Below, piece by piece: positions 1 through 9,315 of a stretch of 64,000 nt of DNA. Position 1 is the stretch's first letter. Each line of letters begins with the position of its first letter. This DNA is from Hydrurus foetidus. Its lineage: Eukaryota. The stretch is from the NCBI GenBank assembly GCA_900617105.1, contig UYFQ01000001.1:5022001-5086000 (forward strand). Direction: 5' to 3'. The notes under the pieces are model-generated. The model searched no databases and was not told where the DNA came from. It saw nothing but the letters and a program-made list of their open reading frames with translations. The position numbers and the translations under genes were made by a program.

Positions 1-618
1 ACCATAAAACAGCACCCAGAACAATTCCCATGGCCCCAACCCAAAACTGAGCACTTCACCAGCCAGTTGTTTGATCGGCGTGAAGTAACCAACAAAAGTA
101 AAACCCGTCCACAAGCCAATCGCTATCCACACCGCTTGCTTAGCACCTTTGCGGGCTATTTTTTTCAAACCCCACGGTGATTTGTCTAGCCGCATGCGGC
201 CGATGCGGTCGCCCTCAATCTTGCGCTCGACCCACATGAAAATTTCGGTGTACACGGTTTGCGGGCAGGTGTAGCCGCACCATAGCCGCCCTGCAATGGC
301 AGTGAACAAGAACAGTGACAGTGCGCTGATGACGAGCAAACCCGTGAGATAAATCAGGTCCTGCGGGTACAGCACCAGATTAAAGATATAAAAGCGACGT
401 GATGCCAAGTCAAACAGCATGGCTTGCCGACCGTTGATAGACAACCACGGCAGGCCGTAAAACACGAGCTGCGTCGCAAACACCATGGCCCAGCGCCAGC
501 GGTTGAACCAGCCCGACACACTGCGCGCGTAAATTTTTGGGTCAGACAGATACAGCGATGCGACGCTCGACGAGTCGTCAACCGCTATGGCAATCACTTT
601 TCGCGGACTGTTTGTCAT
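1..618 (-). CDS. ccoG: cytochrome c oxidase accessory protein CcoG (5' part; runs off the window)
   Basis: Manual translation from ATG 618: MTNSPRKVIAIAVDDSSSVASLYLSDPKIYARSVSGWFNRWRW...GRLWCGYTCPQTVYTE; follows ccoP. Confidence 0.92.
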   Translation of the reverse strand, partial: MTNSPRKVIAIAVDDSSSVASLYLSDPKIYARSVSGWFNRWRWAMVFATQLVFYGLPWLSINGRQAMLFDLASRRFYIFNLVLYPQDLIYLTGLLVISALSLFLFTAIAGRLWCGYTCPQTVYTEIFMWVERKIEGDRIGRMRLDKSPWGLKKIARKGAKQAVWIAIGLWTGFTFVGYFTPIKQLAGEVLSFGLGPWELFWVLFYG

Positions 619-645
619 GTCAGCGCTGGTCTGCACTATGGCTTT

Positions 646-1602
646 TTATGGTGTTTTCACGGCCGCAGATGAAGCGCTTGCAACCGTGCTTTGCGACAAA
701 CTCAGTACATATGCGGCCACCACATGAATTTGCTCGGCCGATAGCTTGGGCGACTGAGCAGGCATGACGTTGTTTTTACCGTTCTTGATGGCGCTGACGA
801 TTGCGGCCTCGCCCCAGCCATGCAGCCAGTAGTTGTCTGTCAGGTTAGGCGCGCCGAGCGCTTTATTGCCTTTGCCGTCCAGACCATGACAAGCCGCACA
901 GGCAGCGAACTTCGCCTTTCCGCCAAAGGCTTTAATTTCGTTGTGCGGGCTGCCCGACAACGACAGCACATAGTTGGCAACGTCGCTTATCTCAGGGTCA
1001 CCGCCAATCGCTGCACCCATTGGCGGCATCAAGCCCGTACGGCCGTTGGTGACGGTTTGCACGATGTGCGCAGCATCTCGCTCGCCCAGCCACGCCGCGT
1101 TGGCGTTGGTCAAGTTAGGAAAGCCCTTACTGCCGCCGCCGTCAGAGCCGTGGCATTGCGAGCAATTGTTCATGAAAAGCCTTTCCCCGACGGCCAATGC
1201 GCGCTTGTCCTTAGCCAGGTCGTCAACGCTCTGCGCAGCAAATGCCGCGTACAACGGTGCGACTTGAGCGCGAAGCTGCGTCACGTCTTGCTGGTGTTCA
1301 GCTTCAGTTGACCAGTTGGCCAAACCTTTGAAGCTGCCCAAACCGGGAAACACCACCAGATAAACCAGCGCAAACACAATGGTCAAAATGAACAGCCACA
1401 ACCACCAGCGCGGCAAGGGGTTGTTGTACTCGCGCAGATTACCGTCCCACACATGGCCCGTCGTGTTGTCATCGGCTTTGCCGGCGTGCGGCACAACGGT
1501 AGCCTTGCCCGCCAGATACAACAGCAAGCCACAAGCCAGCACCGACACCAGGCTGATGGCCGCGACATACCAGGGCCAGAATCCATTGACGAAATCACTC
1601 AT
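646..1602 (-). CDS. ccoP: cbb3-type cytochrome c oxidase subunit III
   Basis: TTGHVWDGNLREYNNPLPRWW; two CxxCH motifs (CSQCH, CAACH). Confidence 0.97.
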   Translation of the reverse strand: MSDFVNGFWPWYVAAISLVSVLACGLLLYLAGKATVVPHAGKADDNTTGHVWDGNLREYNNPLPRWWLWLFILTIVFALVYLVVFPGLGSFKGLANWSTEAEHQQDVTQLRAQVAPLYAAFAAQSVDDLAKDKRALAVGERLFMNNCSQCHGSDGGGSKGFPNLTNANAAWLGERDAAHIVQTVTNGRTGLMPPMGAAIGGDPEISDVANYVLSLSGSPHNEIKAFGGKAKFAACAACHGLDGKGNKALGAPNLTDNYWLHGWGEAAIVSAIKNGKNNVMPAQSPKLSAEQIHVVAAYVLSLSQSTVASASSAAVKTP

Positions 1603-1763
1603 GGCTGTGGCTCCCCATCCTTGTTTGTCAAATGGTCAAAAGGTAATTGCGCGGCTTCGTCAAATCCCGCTTTGCGTTCAGGCCGGTACGCCCATACAAA
1701 TATGCCGACAAACAGCACAAAACTAAAGGCTGTCACCAAGCTGCGAAGAATATTGATGTCCAT
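1599..1763 (-). CDS. ccoQ: cbb3-type oxidase small subunit CcoQ (54 aa, not in the ORF track)
   Basis: MDINILRSLVTAFSFVLFVGIFVWAYRPERKAGFDEAAQLPF...; lies between ccoO and ccoP; its TGA overlaps the ccoP ATG. Confidence 0.92.
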   Translation of the reverse strand: MDINILRSLVTAFSFVLFVGIFVWAYRPERKAGFDEAAQLPFDHLTNKDGEPQP

Positions 1764-1777
1764 GTTTTGTCTCCTCC

Positions 1778-2383
1778 TTACTTCAGCGCCAGGCCCAAGC
1801 CCTGCAAATACGCTATCAATGCGTCCAGCTCGGTCTTGCCCTTGACCTCATCCGGTGCGGCGGCAATCTGTGCATCGGTGTAAGGCACGCCGACGCGTCG
1901 CAGGGCCGTCATGTGAGCGGAAATGGACGCGTGGTCGGCTGGCGCTTTCTCCAGCCATGGGTAGGCGGGCATGATGGACTCGGGTACCAAGTCACGCGGT
2001 GCAATCAAGTGCAGGCGCTGCCACTCGTCGCTGTATTTGCCGCCTACACGGTGCAGGTCAGGCCCCGTGCGTTTGCTGCCCCACTGAAAGGGGTGGTCAT
2101 AGACGAACTCACCAGCCACCGAATAGTGGCCATAACGAAGTGTTTCAGCCACCAGCGGGCGAATCATTTGTGAGTGGCAGTTGTAGCAACCCTCACGCAC
2201 ATAAATATCGCGCCCGACCACCTTCAAGGCTGAATCTGGTGTGATGCCTTTAATCGGCTGCGTGGTGGACTTTTGAAAGAACAGCGGAACAATCTCCACC
2301 ATGCCGCCAACCGCCAGCACGATCAAGATAAGCACGATCATCAGCGTGTTGCTGGTTTCAACTTTTTCGTGGGTAAATGCCAT
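1778..2383 (-). CDS. ccoO: cbb3-type cytochrome c oxidase subunit II
   Basis: REGCYNCHSQMIRP, WGSKRTGPDL. Confidence 0.97.
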   Translation of the reverse strand: MAFTHEKVETSNTLMIVLILIVLAVGGMVEIVPLFFQKSTTQPIKGITPDSALKVVGRDIYVREGCYNCHSQMIRPLVAETLRYGHYSVAGEFVYDHPFQWGSKRTGPDLHRVGGKYSDEWQRLHLIAPRDLVPESIMPAYPWLEKAPADHASISAHMTALRRVGVPYTDAQIAAAPDEVKGKTELDALIAYLQGLGLALK

Positions 2384-2392
2384 GACGATTCC

Positions 2393-3883
2393 TTATGCGT
2401 GAGCCAACTTGGTCGACGTTTCTGATGGAATGGCAGCATCCACAGGTTTGCCTGCTCGCGCCGTCTTAAACACATTCCAGGCCATCACCAGCATGCCCGT
2501 GAGGTACAAAATACCGCCAAAAAAGCGCACCACATAAAAGGGATAAGTGGCCTTCACGCTTTCGACAAAGGTGTAGGTCAGCGAGCCATCAGCATTGATG
2601 GCGCGCCACATCAGACCCTGCATCACACCGGCTATCCACATGGCAGCGATGTACAACACAATCCCAACGGTGGCCACCCAAAAGTGCAGCTCAATGGCCG
2701 GCACGCTGTGCATTTTGGTTTGACCAAACAGGCGCGGCACCAGGAAATACAACGCGCCCATTGATATAAAGCCAACCCAGCCCAGCGTGCCACCGTGAAC
2801 ATGCGCAATGTTCCAGTCGGTGTAATGCGACAGCGCATTGACAGTTTTAATCGACAGCATCGGCCCTTCAAAAGTCGCAATGCCGTAAAACGACAGCGCA
2901 ACAATCATGAAGCGAATGATCGGGTCGTCACGCAGCTTGTGCCAGGCACCTGACAGCGTCATCACGCCATTGATCATGCCGCCCCAGCTGGGGGCTAGCA
3001 AAATCAGTGAGAAGACCACGCCCAGCGACTGCGCCCAGTCTGGCAACGCGGTGTAGTGCAAGTGGTGCGGGCCAGCCCACATATAGGTAAATATCAGTGC
3101 CCAAAAGTGAACGATGGACAAGCGGTACGAATACACAGGACGCTCAGCCTGCTTGGGAATAAAGTAGTAAACGATGCCCAAAAACCCGGCCGTGAGCAAA
3201 AAGCCCACCGCGTTATGCCCATACCACCACTGCACCATGGCGTCTTGCACACCTGCGTAGGCGGAATAAGACTTCATCCAGCCCGCTGGCACTACTGCTG
3301 CATTGACGATGTGCAGCATGGCCACCGCAATGATGAACGCACCGTAAAACCAGTTGGCGACATAAATATGCCGAACTTTGCGGATGCCGATGGTGCCAAA
3401 AAATGTGATGGCATAGGCCACCCACACAACGGTAATCAGCAACGCAATGGGCCACTCTAGCTCGGCATACTCTTTGCCCCGCGTAAAGCCCATGGGCAGC
3501 GTGATGGCCGCCGCAACGATGACCGCCTGCCAGCCCCAAAAGTGAAAAGCCGCCAGCTTGTCTGAAATGATGCGCGTCTGGCAGGTGCGCTGGACCACGT
3601 GGTAGCTGGTGGCGAACAGCGCGCAGCCACCAAACGCAAAAATGCCCGCATTGGTGTGCAGCGGGCGCAAGCGCCCAAACGACAACCATGAAATACCAAA
3701 ATTCAGCTCAGGCCAAGCCATTTGCGCAGCAATAAACACGCCCACCAGCATGGTGACTACTCCCCACACCACCGCCATGATGCTGAACTGGCGCACCACC
3801 TTGTCGTTATAGACCGTGGCTTTTGAGGCTGACCAAATGCGTGCAGGGGTATGAAGGGGTGGAAGGGTAAGTACTGCACTCAT
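2393..3883 (-). CDS. ccoN: cbb3-type cytochrome c oxidase subunit I
   Basis: [27 protein letters not shown]. Confidence 0.98.
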   Translation of the reverse strand: MSAVLTLPPLHTPARIWSASKATVYNDKVVRQFSIMAVVWGVVTMLVGVFIAAQMAWPELNFGISWLSFGRLRPLHTNAGIFAFGGCALFATSYHVVQRTCQTRIISDKLAAFHFWGWQAVIVAAAITLPMGFTRGKEYAELEWPIALLITVVWVAYAITFFGTIGIRKVRHIYVANWFYGAFIIAVAMLHIVNAAVVPAGWMKSYSAYAGVQDAMVQWWYGHNAVGFLLTAGFLGIVYYFIPKQAERPVYSYRLSIVHFWALIFTYMWAGPHHLHYTALPDWAQSLGVVFSLILLAPSWGGMINGVMTLSGAWHKLRDDPIIRFMIVALSFYGIATFEGPMLSIKTVNALSHYTDWNIAHVHGGTLGWVGFISMGALYFLVPRLFGQTKMHSVPAIELHFWVATVGIVLYIAAMWIAGVMQGLMWRAINADGSLTYTFVESVKATYPFYVVRFFGGILYLTGMLVMAWNVFKTARAGKPVDAAIPSETSTKLAHA

Positions 3884-3914
3884 AGTTGGATTCCTCGTAG
3901 CCTGAAGTTATGAG

Positions 3915-4121
3915 TCAAGTGTGCTGATGGATGCTGTCGGGGGTATTGATATGGATCAAGCTTGCATCATTGGGTAGCTCAGGCTGAGCCATCAAAATCC
4001 GCTGGCCTTCACTGTCCAGCTCTTCAAACTGCCCAGACCACACCGCCCAAGCCAACACGCCCATTACCGCAAGCGCAAGCAGCACAGACAGCGGAACCAG
4101 TAAAAACAGAATGTCCATCAA
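3915..4121 (-). CDS. ccoS: cbb3 oxidase assembly protein CcoS
   Basis: MDILFLLVPLS...WAVWSGQFEELD; lies between ccoI and ccoN. Confidence 0.9.
   Translation of the reverse strand: MMDILFLLVPLSVLLALAVMGVLAWAVWSGQFEELDSEGQRILMAQPELPNDASLIHINTPDSIHQHT
3946..3959. promoter_or_regulatory. FNR/ANR box for ccoN, embedded in the ccoS 3' end
   Basis: Perfect TTGAT-ATGG-ATCAA; -10-like CACACT 22 nt downstream on the minus strand. Confidence 0.85.
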
Positions 4122-6409
4122 TGGCTCGCGTCAAATTTTGAAAGACGTGCAGCATTTGCAATGACCAGCAGCGAGCTAGCCGCCATACCCAGGCCAGCCA
4201 GCCATGCGGGCATCAGCCCCGCCAGCGCCAAGGGCACGCCAATAGCGTTGTAAATCGCAGCCCACGCCAGGTTTTGCTTGACGATGCGTAGGGTGCGCCT
4301 GGCTTGACCAAGCATGACCGGCAGCATCAACAACTGCGCGCCGGGCATCACAAAATCGCTCTGCGCCTGGGCTAGCGGCACGGCTGCACCAATGGCCACA
4401 GACACATGCGCCGCCGCCAGCGTAGGCCCGTCGTTCAAGCCGTCGCCCACCATCAACACAACGCGTCCTTCAGCTTGCAGCGCCTTCATCAATGCCAACT
4501 TGGTTTCAGGTTTGCAATCGCCTTGAAAGTTATCGATGCCAAGTTGATGGGCAACACCAACCGCGGCAGCTTGGGTGTCACCTGACATCAAGTAAACACT
4601 CAACCCTTGCGACTGCAAAGTGGCAACGGTTTTTGCGGCTTCTGGCCGCACATTTTCAGCAAATTCAAACGTCGCGAGCCATCCTTCTAGGTCCGCAAGA
4701 TATACAAGTCTGCTGGTGTCAACAGCGGCATCAACCTGGCAAAACAAGTTTGAGCCAAAACGGAGCGGGCCTGTGACGTTTGCAGAACTTTCGGCAAGCC
4801 ATCCCTGAAGACCAAGACCTGCGAACTCTTTGACATCAACCACGCTAGCCTTTGTTAAAGCAGCACCTAACAGCGCGCGAGACACCGGGTGCAAAGAGTG
4901 CTCTGCCAGGCCGGCCGCCCATTGCAGCGCTTGATCGTTAGAGACACCTGGCCGGGCTTGCACCGACCTTAGATGCATGGCGGCATCAGTCAGCGTGCCG
5001 GTCTTGTCAAAGATCACGGTGTCAATATCGGCTAACGATTCAATCGCCTGCAAACGCCGCACCAACACACCGTTGCGCGCCAGCAGGCCAGCAGTCGTCA
5101 GCATGGCAGTGGGCGTAGCCAACGACAGCGCGCAAGGGCAAGTCACCACCAGAACAGCAACCGCGGCCATCAAGGCCATGGCTGGGTCTGTGCGCCACCA
5201 AAAAGCTGCTGCGCCCGCGGCTGCCAGCAGCACGAAGAGTAAAAACGGCTTGGCCACCTTGTCGGCCAGTACAGCCAAGCGTGGCTTGTCAAGAGAGGCT
5301 CGCTCCATGAGCGTGACGATTTGCGCGTAGCGCGTAGCTGCCCCCAGCTTGTCAACACGCACCATCGCGGCATTGCCAACGTTGTAACTACCCGCCATCA
5401 CCAAGTCGCCGACGCCGCGCGCTACTGGACGAGACTCCCCGGTTAGCAGCGCCTCATCGGCAAACGTGGCGCCTTTCAGCACTGCACCATCTGCGGGGAA
5501 GGCCTCCCCTGGCAACACGCGAATCACATCGCCAACCCTCAAGCGGCGCACAGCGACCCGCTCGAACTCACCAGCCGGCAACTGCCGCTCAGCACTTAGA
5601 GGCAGCCGCTGCATCAGCGCACCCAACGCGCCTGCGGTGCGCGAGCGCAAGCGCTGCTCCAGCCAACGCCCGGTCAACAGAAAAAACACAAACATCGTCA
5701 GCGAGTCAAAGTACACCTCTCGCCCCCACCAACCCTGCGGCTCAAAAGTGGCTGCGGTGCTGACCGCAAAAGTCACGCCTATGCCGATAGCAACAGGCAA
5801 GTCCATGCTGATACTGCGCCGCATCAAGTCGCGCCAGGCATTGGCAAAAAACGGCCTGCATGAAAAAATCACCACAGGCAAGCTGAGCACCCACGACGCC
5901 CAACGCAGCAGCTTTTCAATATCAGGCGATACATCGCCTGGCTGCGTGAAGTAGGTGGGCGCTGCATACATCATGACCTGCATCATGCAAAAGCCCGCCA
6001 CCAACCAGCGCCACAAAGCCAGTCGTGACTGCTGTCGGTCTTTGTCGAAAGTAAAAACGTCTTCTACAGGCAACAGCTGGTAGCCCTGGGCTGACGCGGC
6101 ATTCATCCAAACAGATGGCTTGGTCTGCGCCACCGACCAGGTGACGCTGGCGCTCGCACTGGCTGCGCTGACCTGCACTGCCAGCACACCCTTGACTTGT
6201 CGAAGAGCCGCCTCAAGCGTCAAAGCGCAGGCCGCGCAGTGCATGCCACGCACCGCCACAAAAGACTGCACTTCGTGATCGTTGACATTTTGGCTGAACG
6301 CGGCCCACGCGTCAGGCTGGTCGTACAGGGTCAATGACGTATCAGTTGCCGTTTCCCGCAAAGTGGCTTGCCCGAACTCAGGGGATGTTTTGACTGTAGC
6401 AACTTGCAT
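4118..6409 (-). CDS. ccoI: heavy-metal (Cu) P1B-type ATPase CcoI/FixI
   Basis: GMHCAAC, TGES, CPCALSLATP, DKTGTLT, GDGLND. Confidence 0.95.
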   Translation of the reverse strand: MQVATVKTSPEFGQATLRETATDTSLTLYDQPDAWAAFSQNVNDHEVQSFVAVRGMHCAACALTLEAALRQVKGVLAVQVSAASASASVTWSVAQTKPSVWMNAASAQGYQLLPVEDVFTFDKDRQQSRLALWRWLVAGFCMMQVMMYAAPTYFTQPGDVSPDIEKLLRWASWVLSLPVVIFSCRPFFANAWRDLMRRSISMDLPVAIGIGVTFAVSTAATFEPQGWWGREVYFDSLTMFVFFLLTGRWLEQRLRSRTAGALGALMQRLPLSAERQLPAGEFERVAVRRLRVGDVIRVLPGEAFPADGAVLKGATFADEALLTGESRPVARGVGDLVMAGSYNVGNAAMVRVDKLGAATRYAQIVTLMERASLDKPRLAVLADKVAKPFLLFVLLAAAGAAAFWWRTDPAMALMAAVAVLVVTCPCALSLATPTAMLTTAGLLARNGVLVRRLQAIESLADIDTVIFDKTGTLTDAAMHLRSVQARPGVSNDQALQWAAGLAEHSLHPVSRALLGAALTKASVVDVKEFAGLGLQGWLAESSANVTGPLRFGSNLFCQVDAAVDTSRLVYLADLEGWLATFEFAENVRPEAAKTVATLQSQGLSVYLMSGDTQAAAVGVAHQLGIDNFQGDCKPETKLALMKALQAEGRVVLMVGDGLNDGPTLAAAHVSVAIGAAVPLAQAQSDFVMPGAQLLMLPVMLGQARRTLRIVKQNLAWAAIYNAIGVPLALAGLMPAWLAGLGMAASSLLVIANAARLSKFDASH

Positions 6410-6443
6410 TGCGCAAGCCTACCGCGAGCTATGAGAACAAGGC

Positions 6444-6457
6444 TTGATATGGATCAA
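6444..6457. promoter_or_regulatory. FNR box shared by divergent ccoI and usp-adhP
   Basis: TTGATATGGATCAA; TACTCT 22 nt to the right (6480) and TAGGCT 22 nt to the left (minus strand). Confidence 0.88.
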
Positions 6458-6511
6458 GTCCGACGGCAATGTTTTCTTTTACTCTGGCACCTTAACTACC
6501 GGAGACCCACC

Positions 6512-6955
6512 ATGTACCAAAAAATCCACATTGCCACCGACGGCTCCACCTTGTCCAAAAAAGCCGTCACCAGCGGACTGGAGCTTGCTGCTCTGACCGG
6601 CGCAAGCATCGTCGCCCTCAAAGTCGTGCCGCGCTACCCGGTCAGCTATTTTGAAGGTGGCGTGGCCTTGTCCGTAAACAATGTCGCCGGGGTCGAAAAA
6701 CAATGGGCTGACGCCGCCATGGCAGTTGTCGAAAAGGTCACGGACGCGGCGCAGGCCGAAGGCATCAAGGCAAAGGGCGTGACGGTATCGTCCGACTTCA
6801 CCGCTGAAGCCATCATTAACGCAGCCAAAAAGCACAAGTGCGATTTAATCGTGATGGCGTCTCACGGCAGGCGCGGCATGAAGCGCCTGCTGATGGGCAG
6901 CGAGACAATGCATGTGCTGACGCATTCGCACATACCGGTGCTGGTGCTGAGATGA
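6512..6955 (+). CDS. universal stress protein
   Basis: MYQKIHIATDGS...DLIVMASHGRRG...MGSET; GGAG RBS before ATG 6512. Confidence 0.93.
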   Translation: MYQKIHIATDGSTLSKKAVTSGLELAALTGASIVALKVVPRYPVSYFEGGVALSVNNVAGVEKQWADAAMAVVEKVTDAAQAEGIKAKGVTVSSDFTAEAIINAAKKHKCDLIVMASHGRRGMKRLLMGSETMHVLTHSHIPVLVLR

Positions 6956-7974
6956 AAGCCGCCGTTGTAGAAGCTTTTGGTACACCTTTGGTACTGCGTG
7001 AATGGGATACGCCCACACCGGGGGCGGGCCAAATACTGGTGAAGACCGAAGCCTGCGGCGTGTGTCACACCGACTTGCATGCCGCGCGAGGCGACTGGCC
7101 CGTTAAACCCACACCACCTTTTATTCCAGGCCACGAAGGCATTGGGCTGGTCGCAGCCGTCGGCAAAGGCGTTACCAATGTCAAAGAAGGTGACAGGGTC
7201 GGTGTGCCGTGGCTGTATTCCGCCTGCGGGCATTGTGAATATTGCCTGTCCGCTTGGGAAACTGTGTGCGGCAGCGCACAGTTTGGTGGCTATACCGTCA
7301 ACGGCGGGTTTGCAGACTACATCTTGGCCGACCCCAACTACGTCGCTCGCATTCCCCACGGCTTATCGGCAATCAATTCAGCACCCATCATCTGCGCCGG
7401 CGTCACCACTTACAAAGGCATCAAGGAAGCGGCTACCAAGCCGGGCGATTGGATGGTCATTTCGGGAGCTGGTGGGTTAGGCCACTTGGCGATTCAATAT
7501 GCCAAGGCAATGGGCCTGCAGGTCTGCGCCGTCGACATTGACGACAGCAAACTGACCCACGCCACTTTGATGGGTGCTGATGCGACGGTGAACGCTAAAT
7601 CGCCCGACGCGGTTGAACTGGTTAAAAAAGCAACGGATGGTGGTGCGCACGGCGTGCTGATAACCGCACCATCACTTGCGGCGTTCAAACAAGGTGTTGC
7701 CATGACCCGAAAGCGAGGTACGTGTGTTTTAACTGGCCTTCCGCCGGGTGACTTCCCATTCCCGCTGTTTGACGTCGTGGTGAACTGCATCACCGTGCGG
7801 GGATCTTTCGTGGGTACACGCCAAGACATGGCTGAAGCGCTGGAATTTGCAGCTGTTGGCAAAGTCAAAGCAGACATTGAACTGCAACCCCTATCCGCCA
7901 TCAATCAGGTGCTTAACAGGCTTGAGCGCGGCGAGGTGGCGGCGCGTGTGGTGATAGATTTTGCAGACCGCTGA
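6952..7974 (+). CDS. adhP: zinc-dependent alcohol dehydrogenase (AdhP type)
   Basis: CGVCHTDLH, GHEG, CGHCEYC, GAGGLG. Confidence 0.93.
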   Translation: MKAAVVEAFGTPLVLREWDTPTPGAGQILVKTEACGVCHTDLHAARGDWPVKPTPPFIPGHEGIGLVAAVGKGVTNVKEGDRVGVPWLYSACGHCEYCLSAWETVCGSAQFGGYTVNGGFADYILADPNYVARIPHGLSAINSAPIICAGVTTYKGIKEAATKPGDWMVISGAGGLGHLAIQYAKAMGLQVCAVDIDDSKLTHATLMGADATVNAKSPDAVELVKKATDGGAHGVLITAPSLAAFKQGVAMTRKRGTCVLTGLPPGDFPFPLFDVVVNCITVRGSFVGTRQDMAEALEFAAVGKVKADIELQPLSAINQVLNRLERGEVAARVVIDFADR

Positions 7975-8006
7975 TTTTTATACGAAACCAAGCAAGGACG
8001 CTGAAC

Positions 8007-8429
8007 ATGAAAATCTTATTGGCGGCTGATGGCAGCGAGTACACCAAAAAAGCGTTGGCTTTTCTGGTCAACCACGACAGCATGCTCAACACCCATGACG
8101 AGTTGGTGGTGCTGAACGTGCAACTCCCTGTGCCGGGGCGTGTAGTAACCGTGATGGGATCCGCCGAGGTAGCGGCCTACCATCAAGAAGAGGCCGACAA
8201 GGTGCTTGCCCCCATCAGAAAATTTTTGGACAAGCATGCGCTTAACTACCGCGCAACATTTGTCGTGGGTCATCCAGTCGAGGAAATTCTTAAAGCCGCA
8301 TCAAAAGAAAAGTCACACATGATCGTGATGGGGACACGCGGCCACGGGCTAATCGGTCGCGCACTGATGGGCAGCATCGCGCAGCGAGTAATAACTGACT
8401 GCGACATTCCGGTGCTGCTGGTGAAGTAA
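8007..8429 (+). CDS. universal stress protein
   Basis: MKILLAADGS...MIVMGTRGHG...MGSIAQRV. Confidence 0.93.
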   Translation: MKILLAADGSEYTKKALAFLVNHDSMLNTHDELVVLNVQLPVPGRVVTVMGSAEVAAYHQEEADKVLAPIRKFLDKHALNYRATFVVGHPVEEILKAASKEKSHMIVMGTRGHGLIGRALMGSIAQRVITDCDIPVLLVK

Positions 8430-8504
8430 CCCGGGTTACTTGTTGGGTTGTGCTCCTGGGGCTGGCCCACACTTTAACTGACGAAGACTCACGGTTAAAA
8501 AATT

Positions 8505-8553
8505 GCTATATTTTCAGGAGCTGCTCGCGCCCGTATTTGTAGGGCCTCAGGCA
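8505..8553 (+). repeat. REP-like element copy 1 (intergenic)
   Basis: GCTATATTTTCAGGAGCTGCTCGCGCCCGTATTTGTAGGGC. Confidence 0.85.
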
Positions 8554-8657
8554 CTTTTATTGCCTAAAATGACGGAAAAATGCGCTTTTGGTGAGTCTTT
8601 TGCCTCCAAACAAGCACCGGCAGTCCGTCAGAGTTCAAAATAATCCTACATCTCCAC

Positions 8658-9092
8658 CTATACCTGCGACTGCACCCAACGCACGATGTCTGCGCTGCTC
8701 ATTGCGCCGCTCTGGCGTACCACTTCCTTGCCATCTTTAAACAGCACCATGGTGGGAATGCTGCGAATGTTGAATTGCGCCGCCGGTTGCGGATGCGCCT
8801 CGGTGTTGAGCTTGGCCAGCCGTACTTTCGGCTCCAGCTGGGCCGCGGCCTGTCCATAGGCCGGCGCCATCATGCGGCACGGCCCGCACCAGGGTGCCCA
8901 GAAGTCCACCACCACGGGAATCTGGTTGCGACTGATGTGCTTGTCGAACGATGCGGCGTCCAGCTCAACCGGGTGGCCATCAAAAAGCGAAAGCTTGCAT
9001 TTTCCGCAGGTGGGCGAACTGGCCAGTTGATCAGACCCCACACGCTTGGTGGTGTGGCAATGCGGGCAAACGATGTGAAGTGGCGTGTTCAT
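8658..9092 (-). CDS. trxC: thioredoxin 2 (Zn-finger thioredoxin)
   Basis: CPHC...CGKC N-terminal Zn site plus WCGPC. Confidence 0.93.
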   Translation of the reverse strand: MNTPLHIVCPHCHTTKRVGSDQLASSPTCGKCKLSLFDGHPVELDAASFDKHISRNQIPVVVDFWAPWCGPCRMMAPAYGQAAAQLEPKVRLAKLNTEAHPQPAAQFNIRSIPTMVLFKDGKEVVRQSGAMSSADIVRWVQSQV

Positions 9093-9192
9093 TGGTGACC
9101 TTCCTATATCGCGTCGGGCAGATGCGTGATTTCTCAAGTATCTCTTGCCAAAGGCGCCCTTTGCGAATGGTGCACGGCCATCTTCATATTGT

Positions 9193-9206
9193 TTGATCTA
9201 AATCAT
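9193..9206. promoter_or_regulatory. FNR-like box between trxC and the P-type ATPase
   Basis: TTGAT-CTAA-ATCAT (one mismatch). Confidence 0.7.
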
Positions 9207-9315
9207 GCATCGCAACTCAACTGGCGTTTCCAATGAGTCCGTCAAGACATTTATAGATTGATTCGCCCTATGTACAACGCCCAAACGGACGCGTCAACAG
9301 CATCAGCGCTTACCT

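Noticed and set aside
8424..8441. Perfect 18-bp palindrome AAGTAACCCGGGTTACTT at the usp stop
   Set aside because: Single occurrence; most simply a terminator-like hairpin, with no evidence of anything more.
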